Source: Gammaproteobacteria bacterium (GTDB lineage Bacteria; Pseudomonadota; Gammaproteobacteria; Chromatiales; Chromatiaceae). Taken from it: a stretch of 64,000 nt of DNA. The notes below the pieces were generated by a model. The model was not told the DNA's origin and ran no database searches. It worked only from the letters and a program-made list of their open reading frames with translations. The position numbers and the translations under genes are program-made. The stretch covers positions 13,048-77,047 of the forward strand of contig JAAAOQ010000221.1 in NCBI GenBank assembly GCA_009908845.1, written 5' to 3'. The stretch's first letter is position 1, and every line of letters starts with the position of its first letter. This document shows positions 58,887 to 64,000 of the stretch, in pieces.

Positions 58887-59128
58887 CCGCACTCACCCTG
58901 GATCTCCCAGACGAAAAACTCCGACGACTGGAAGTTGTCGCCCGTACCCGTGGCACCAGCGTCGCCCGGCTCTTCGAGGAGATGTCCAGCGTCTTGCTGG
59001 CAGAAGCGGACGCGGAGACCCGATTCCAGTTGCGCGCTCAGCGTGGCGCCGGGAGAGAAGCGCGAGGATTGGAATTGCTGGGGAAAGCCAGTGAATCAAG
59101 AATGCTGAAACCCTCTGAAGTCCTATAG
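58883..59128 (+). CDS. Small RHH-like putative antitoxin downstream of the PIN gene
   Basis: MTALTLDLPDEKLRRL...DAETRFQLRAQRG; ATGA overlap; GGAGG RBS. Confidence 0.75.
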   Translation: MTALTLDLPDEKLRRLEVVARTRGTSVARLFEEMSSVLLAEADAETRFQLRAQRGAGREARGLELLGKASESRMLKPSEVL

Positions 59129-59296
59129 ACTGGGGCACTACCCACATCCGATCTCACTTTGGTGCCGCTCGACAAAGGGATGCATGGCCTGGCTCCAGCG
59201 CTGACATGCTTACTCAACACGATAGTTGCTCGGCCATCGTTGGTTCCGGCTAGGCGGTTGGGTTAGGCATTAGGCGTCACGCGCCCGCGCTCCGTC

Positions 59297-60217
59297 TCAG
59301 GGCTTCAGGCCCGCCAGCCATTCCCGCTGCTGTTCCTTGCGGCGACGCTTCTCGAGTGCCTGCTTGATCTTTCCGCGGACGTCCGGGAACGCCAACGTCT
59401 GGGCCGGCTCGATGCTCTCGCACAGGATCAGATGGAAGCCGAGCTCGGTCTCGACGATCTCGCTGACGGCCCCAGGTGACAGCGTAAACAGGGCGGCGTC
59501 GAGCTCGGGGTAGAGTTGGCCGCGACGGATCGGGCCGAGCCGTCCACCCTCGAGCGCGGTGGGACATTCGGACCCGCGCTTGGCCTGCTCGGCGAATCGC
59601 TCCACCACCGGTTTGGCGTTCTCGCCATCATCGGCGCCGGCCGTGCCCAGTCGGGCGGCGATCGCCTCGAGCCGGGCGCGGGCGGCCGCACGGGTATTCT
59701 CGGCGTAGTCGTCGTTGGTGGTGATCAGGATGTGCCGGGCGTGGCGCGTCTCCGGCTTGGCGAAACGATCCTGGTGCAATTCGTAGAAGAGGCGTTCGTC
59801 GGCCTCGGTGATCGGGGCATGCTGGGCGCCAACCCGCTGCATCACCGCATCGAAGATCAGCTCGCGGCGCAATGCCCGGCGCAGCTGCTCGGGGTCGAGG
59901 CCGTTGCGGGCGAGGTCCGCCTCGAGCTCGTCGGTGCGCTCATAGCGCTGCGCGACCGCGTCGAAGGCACGCTGGACCTGGACCTCGGGGATCAGGACCT
60001 CGGCCGCCTCCGGGCTGCGCAGGACACGCTCCTCGAGCGCGAAGCTGCGCTGCGCCTGGGTCTCGGCCTGACGCCGCTCGTCGTCACTCAGGGCCGGGAT
60101 GTTGCGCTGGAAGCGCTCGGTGGCGGCGCGCAGCAGGTGGTAGCGGTAACCGTCGGGCTCGCCCGCTGCCGGCCGCTCCGCGGCGGGCGCGCCGGCGAGC
60201 GCGTGCGATGGACTCAT
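59297..60217 (-). CDS. nifM: Nitrogen fixation protein NifM (parvulin-type PPIase)
   Basis: ARHILIT, SECPTALEGGRLG, GQLYPELD, ETELGFHLI; follows nifZ. Confidence 0.93.
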   Translation of the reverse strand: MSPSHALAGAPAAERPAAGEPDGYRYHLLRAATERFQRNIPALSDDERRQAETQAQRSFALEERVLRSPEAAEVLIPEVQVQRAFDAVAQRYERTDELEADLARNGLDPEQLRRALRRELIFDAVMQRVGAQHAPITEADERLFYELHQDRFAKPETRHARHILITTNDDYAENTRAAARARLEAIAARLGTAGADDGENAKPVVERFAEQAKRGSECPTALEGGRLGPIRRGQLYPELDAALFTLSPGAVSEIVETELGFHLILCESIEPAQTLAFPDVRGKIKQALEKRRRKEQQREWLAGLKP

Positions 60218-60786
60218 GGGTTCTGCTCCGTGTCCTGGGATTTGATGCCAGGGGAATTGATGCCAGGGGGATGGTTTGCAGCAGGGGGGATCGCGTTCGC
60301 GGCGGTTGCGGGATCGCGTGCTTGCGGCGGCCCCGGCGCCGGGTCGAGCGCCGATTCAGGCACCTGGAGCAGGCTGCAGCCGGGGAACTGCACCTGATAG
60401 GCGACCTCGCCGAAGGTCTCGGTATCGGCTGGGCCGCGCAGGACCCGGACCACATCCCCGACCCGGCCCTGCTCGACCAGCACACGTCCGCCGCGACCGA
60501 GCGCCAGCCGTGCCGCGACCTTGTCGCGGGTCTCGAAACGGCTCGGCGTCCAGGGGTCGGCGGCCGGCTGCAGCTCTTCGTCGCGGCAGCCGACCAGCCG
60601 GTCATCCTCGAGGAAGTGGACCGTGTAGATGATCTGGTCCTGCAAGAAGGTGCCGACATCGCGCACGAAGCCGGTACTGCCGCGGCGGATCAGCAGCGCC
60701 CCGGTCGGTTCCCCGGGATAGGTGCCGTCGTTGCGCACGTTGCGCAGCACGCGCACCTCGTCGCCGTAGTCAAATCGTGGGCGCAT
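60214..60786 (-). CDS. nifZ: Nitrogen fixation protein NifZ
   Basis: VRNDGTYPG, GTFLQDQIIYTVHF, VGCRDEEL. Confidence 0.95.
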   Translation of the reverse strand: MRPRFDYGDEVRVLRNVRNDGTYPGEPTGALLIRRGSTGFVRDVGTFLQDQIIYTVHFLEDDRLVGCRDEELQPAADPWTPSRFETRDKVAARLALGRGGRVLVEQGRVGDVVRVLRGPADTETFGEVAYQVQFPGCSLLQVPESALDPAPGPPQARDPATAANAIPPAANHPPGINSPGIKSQDTEQNP

Positions 60787-61174
60787 CTTGGCTCGGTCCG
60801 TTCGATGGGTTGGCGCGGCTGGCGAGGAGCTGGTCGAGCCCGACGCTGACCTGGCGTGGCTGCGCGGTCTGGAAGACGCGGAAGACCTTTTCGGTGCGGG
60901 CGTCCGAGGTCACGAAGTCCTGGTAGGCGCCGTGCAGCAGGTCCGCATACAGGCGATAGCGTGTCGGTGCACTGTCCGGCATCTCTTCGATCTCATCGAG
61001 GTAGTCATGGAAGCGCTGCAGGATATGCAGTCGGTTCACCTGGACCACGGCCGGCTCGAAGGCGATGCCGAAGTAGTTGAGGAAGTCCTCGGCGCTCTCG
61101 AGCTCATCGAGATCGCACTCGAAGTCGTCGAGCGACGCGGGCGGGTGCCGTGGGTCTTGGTCGAGCTGGGCCAT
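60770..61174 (-). CDS. nifW: Nitrogenase-stabilising protein NifW
   Basis: LESAEDFLNYFGI, VNRLHILQRFHDY, AYQDFV, EKVFRVF. Confidence 0.95.
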   Translation of the reverse strand: MAQLDQDPRHPPASLDDFECDLDELESAEDFLNYFGIAFEPAVVQVNRLHILQRFHDYLDEIEEMPDSAPTRYRLYADLLHGAYQDFVTSDARTEKVFRVFQTAQPRQVSVGLDQLLASRANPSNGPSQDAPTI

Positions 61175-61360
61175 ATTGGTCTCCTTGGAGCGGGTCGCTG
61201 GTCAGGTTTGGATGCGCTTCAGGTGTTGGGTTCAGGCCTGGAGTAGGCGAATGGTCATGCTGATTAGAAGGCTGATCTGCGGGGTGCCGATGCGGGTCGC
61301 TTCCCCGCGCTTGCTGATTGGATCGATCGGCTGCATTGCGGTCTGGCACCCATTGGTGGC

Positions 61361-61951
61361 TCAATCACCAAGCAGATGCACATTGTCGCCGGCCGCATCG
61401 ACCTGGGCGCGCGTGGTCGCCTTCTCGGCCCAGCCCAGCAGGTCGCGGGCGCCGAGCCGATCTTCGCTGTCGAAGGCGACCACCGGGGCCAGGCGCTCGC
61501 GGGCGGCCTCGGGCTGGTTCTGCCTGAGCAACAGCCAGCCGGCGCCCTTGAGCGCCAGCAGCAGGAAGCGCGTCGTCGTCATCGAGCGCTGCGCGGCCGC
61601 CTCGAGATCGGCCTGGCCGAGCAGGCGCCAGTCGTCGTCGAGATCGAGCTGGCGGCAGCTCAGCATGATCGCGCGCTCGGCCATCAACAGGGCCTCGTCA
61701 TAGCGATGGCGGTAATAGAAGAACCGATACAGCGCGACGATCACCGACAGGTGCTCGGGCGCGCGCAGGTAGGCGCGCAGCAGGGCCCACTCGGCGGCAT
61801 CGACCTGGGCCGGCTCGATCTCGTCCGCGTCGCTCGCATCGATCGCGCGCGTGCGGTAGTGCTCACTGCTCTCGGCGATCAACGCCTGGACGTCGGCCGG
61901 GAGCGGCTGCTCGAAGTAGAGCCCTTCGCCGTCGAGTTCGAGCAGATCCAT
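61361..61951 (-). CDS. Helical (TPR-like) nif-associated hypothetical protein between nifV and nifW
   Basis: LYRFFYYRHR motif. Occupies the position of the unnamed ORF preceding nifW in Azotobacter-type clusters. Confidence 0.75.
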   Translation of the reverse strand: MDLLELDGEGLYFEQPLPADVQALIAESSEHYRTRAIDASDADEIEPAQVDAAEWALLRAYLRAPEHLSVIVALYRFFYYRHRYDEALLMAERAIMLSCRQLDLDDDWRLLGQADLEAAAQRSMTTTRFLLLALKGAGWLLLRQNQPEAARERLAPVVAFDSEDRLGARDLLGWAEKATTRAQVDAAGDNVHLLGD

Positions 61952-61985
61952 TATGAGTCGGGGCGCCTCTCGGTGCGTATTCTGA

Positions 61986-63179
61986 TCATGGGCGTCTCCT
62001 CGCGTCGTCCGCTTGAATGCCGGCCAGCACGCGCCGGCAAGCGCAGTGATCGAGAAAGCGCCGCAGATCGTCAGGCGCCGGGGGACGCTTGGTCTCGGTC
62101 ACGAACCGGCGCAGCTGCGGCAGGACCTGCGCGGCCTGGCTCGCGTCGATCTCCAGGTGCAGCATCTGCGCGTAGGCCATCCGGACCGCCTGGCTGCCCG
62201 AATGCTTGCCGAGCACCATCCGATGACTGCGGCCGACCTCGGCGGGGTCGATGCCCTGATAGTTCATCGGGTCCTTGAGCAGGCCATCGACATGGATGCC
62301 GGCCTCATGGGTGAAGGCGCCGTCGCCGACGAGGCTCTTGTGCCAGCCGACCGGACGGCCAGAGGCCTGAGCGACCAGTTTCGACAAGGACTCGAAGCGG
62401 GTCAGGTCGATGCCGGTCGCAATCCGGTGGACATGCTTGAGCCCCATCACGACCTCCTCGAGCGCGGCGTTGCCGGCGCGCTCGCCGAGGCCGTGGACGG
62501 TGGTGTTGACATGGGTCGCGCCGGCGCGCACCGCCGCTAAGGTGTTCGCGGTCGCGAGCCCGAGGTCGTCGTGCGCGTGCATCTCGATCTCGCAGTCGCA
62601 GACGCTGGCCAGGTCGCGGATGCGCTCGAAGGTCGCGAACGGGTCGAGCAGGCCGACGGTATCGGCGAAGCGCAGCCGCCGGGCGCCGGCGGCCTGCGCG
62701 GTCTCGGCAACCTGCTTGAGCCAGTCCGGCTCGGCGCGCGAGGCATCCTCGCAGCCGACGCCGACCTCGAGCCCCTGGTCGCCGGCGATCCGGACCTCGT
62801 GCGCGATACAATCGAGCACCCAGGCGCGGTCACGGCCGAGCTTGCGCGCGATCTGTTGGTCCGAGACCGGGATCGAGAGGTCGACCAGATCGACGCCGAG
62901 CCCGTCGCAGGCATCGATGTCAGCGCTGCACATCCGGGCCCAGACCATCAGCCGCGCATCGAGCCCGAGCGCGGCGACGGCGCGGATCGACTCGCGCTCG
63001 TCCGCGCCCATCGCCGGGATGCCGACCTCGAGCTCAGGCACGCCGAGGGCATCGAGCCCGCGCGCGATCGCGAGCTTCTCATCGAGCGAGAAGGCGACGC
63101 CGGCCGACTGCTCGCCATCGCGCAGGGTGGTGTCGTTGATGCAGACCCGGGGGGTCGTCGCAGCGTCGGGGATCACCAT
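61986..63179 (-). CDS. nifV: Homocitrate synthase NifV
   Basis: [56 protein letters not shown] 63179 with GGAG RBS. Confidence 0.95.
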   Translation of the reverse strand: MVIPDAATTPRVCINDTTLRDGEQSAGVAFSLDEKLAIARGLDALGVPELEVGIPAMGADERESIRAVAALGLDARLMVWARMCSADIDACDGLGVDLVDLSIPVSDQQIARKLGRDRAWVLDCIAHEVRIAGDQGLEVGVGCEDASRAEPDWLKQVAETAQAAGARRLRFADTVGLLDPFATFERIRDLASVCDCEIEMHAHDDLGLATANTLAAVRAGATHVNTTVHGLGERAGNAALEEVVMGLKHVHRIATGIDLTRFESLSKLVAQASGRPVGWHKSLVGDGAFTHEAGIHVDGLLKDPMNYQGIDPAEVGRSHRMVLGKHSGSQAVRMAYAQMLHLEIDASQAAQVLPQLRRFVTETKRPPAPDDLRRFLDHCACRRVLAGIQADDARRRP

Positions 63180-63220
63180 CGGTCGGGACTCCAATACGAC
63201 TGGTCTGGATGGACCTGTCA

Positions 63221-63236
63221 TGCAAGCCCTGGGCCG
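63221..63236 (-). promoter_or_regulatory. Sigma-54 promoter of the nifV operon
   Basis: Minus strand CGGCCCAGGGCTTGCA (GG-N10-GC), about 40 bp upstream of the nifV start. Confidence 0.75.
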
Positions 63237-63320
63237 AAAATAAAAAACGCTACGCTTTCGAGACCTTGAGCGATACTCGGGCATCGGCTGGAGCAGATCC
63301 GACACGGGATTTGGCGGCAC

Positions 63321-63336
63321 TGTCGCAACTGCGACG
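63321..63336. promoter_or_regulatory. Near-consensus NifA UAS
   Basis: TGTCGCAACTGCGACG (TGT-N10-ACG, one mismatch), 85 bp from the sigma-54 site. Confidence 0.55.
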
Positions 63337-63411
63337 TGGCGGAGTGCAGGACGATGGCGCAGGTTTCAGCCTCGAAACGGTGGTTGAGCGGCCTGCACCG
63401 TCGGTCAGATC

Positions 63412-63458
63412 GATCAGCCGCTCGGGGGAGTCAGGCGGCCGTTTTGATAGGGTCTCTT
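63412..63458. mobile_element. MITE family A, right-half copy
   Basis: GATCAG...GAGTCAGGCGGCCGTTTTGATAGGGTCTCTT aligns with about 5186-5231. Confidence 0.55.
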
Positions 63459-63479
63459 GGCAATGCATGGCCTTGCCGC

Positions 63480-63516
63480 TGTCCTGGTCGCTACTTGTCC
63501 TGGTCGCCACTTGTCC
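63480..63516. repeat. 16-bp tandem repeat (TGTCCTGGTCGCYACT, about 2.3 copies)
   Basis: Read directly from the sequence. Confidence 0.75.
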
Positions 63517-63704
63517 GGGCTGCTGCGTAGCCTGAGCGGTCGATCTGTCGTAGCATCCCCAGCCCCAAATCGAGGCGTTATCGGACGGAGCGGTCCGTCC
63601 TCGGCGGGCGTCTGCAGCCTGGCAGAGCGGCAGCACGCCGGCTGGCCTGTTCCGGTCCACGGCTCGACCCTGTGAACTCCGACAAGAATCGAGCAAGATC
63701 TGTT

Positions 63705-64000
63705 ATGCCAAAGCCACTGCAGCGCTGGATGGGATCATTGGCAATGAAGCTGACCGGGCTGGTCTTCCTCTTCATTGCCGTCCTCTTATTGGCCTTCGCC
63801 TGGGGGCTCAGTCAGATCGAAGGGCTGGAGCTGCAGACGCGCTACCTGCTGCTCGCCGGTGCGGCCGGTCTGCTCGTTGTCTGCGGCCTCGGTTTCGCAC
63901 TGTTGACGAGCCGGATGGTGACCAGGCCGTTGCGCCACGTCGTCGCGAGCCTGGAGCGCATCGGTCAGGGTGATTTCGACAGCGAGCTCGAGCACGGGCG
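63705..64000 (+). CDS. 5' part of a two-TM plus HAMP signalling protein (MCP or sensor), runs off the window
   Basis: Manual translation: MPKPLQRWMGSLAMKLTGLVFLFIAVLLLAFAWG...FALLTSRMVTRPLRHVVASLERIGQGDF. Confidence 0.75.
   Translation, partial: MPKPLQRWMGSLAMKLTGLVFLFIAVLLLAFAWGLSQIEGLELQTRYLLLAGAAGLLVVCGLGFALLTSRMVTRPLRHVVASLERIGQGDFDSELEHG

Noticed and set aside
61104-61364. 86-aa ORF between the nif-associated ORF and nifW
   Set aside because: Low-complexity, overlaps nifW out of frame, no motifs; more likely intergenic.

Overview
High-GC gammaproteobacterial chromosome segment. The gene set (nifLA divergent from rnfABCDGEH, nifVWZM, sucrose-phosphate synthase and sucrose synthase) suggests a diazotrophic, probably halotolerant Chromatiaceae member; this is inference. 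Core genes: dnaE, hrpA, rimO, pbpC, accA, tilS, cnoX/trxC, carA-carB-greA, tsaA, purL. Accessory items: a two-gene XRE-ImmA/IrrE module resembling RosmerTA, a PAS-GGDEF cyclase, an orphan stator pair in reversed motB-motA order, and intact plus decayed toxin-antitoxin modules around the nif/rnf block. Non-coding structure read directly from the sequence: (i) two identically spaced DnaA-box triads flanking a perfect IHF site at 401-625 (DARS/datA-like), just upstream of the RosmerTA-like pair, whose putative toxin has a clamp-binding-like QLALW motif; (ii) three TA-flanked MITE families (84, 55 and 93 bp) that nest and chain through shared TA dinucleotides; (iii) NifA UAS and sigma-54 promoters; (iv) in-frame insertions, several with 12/15-bp periodicity, in conserved enzymes (HrpA, PurL, RnfC, AccA). 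No rRNA, tRNA, CRISPR array, transposase or integrase was recognised. All calls come from visual motif recognition; no searches were run.
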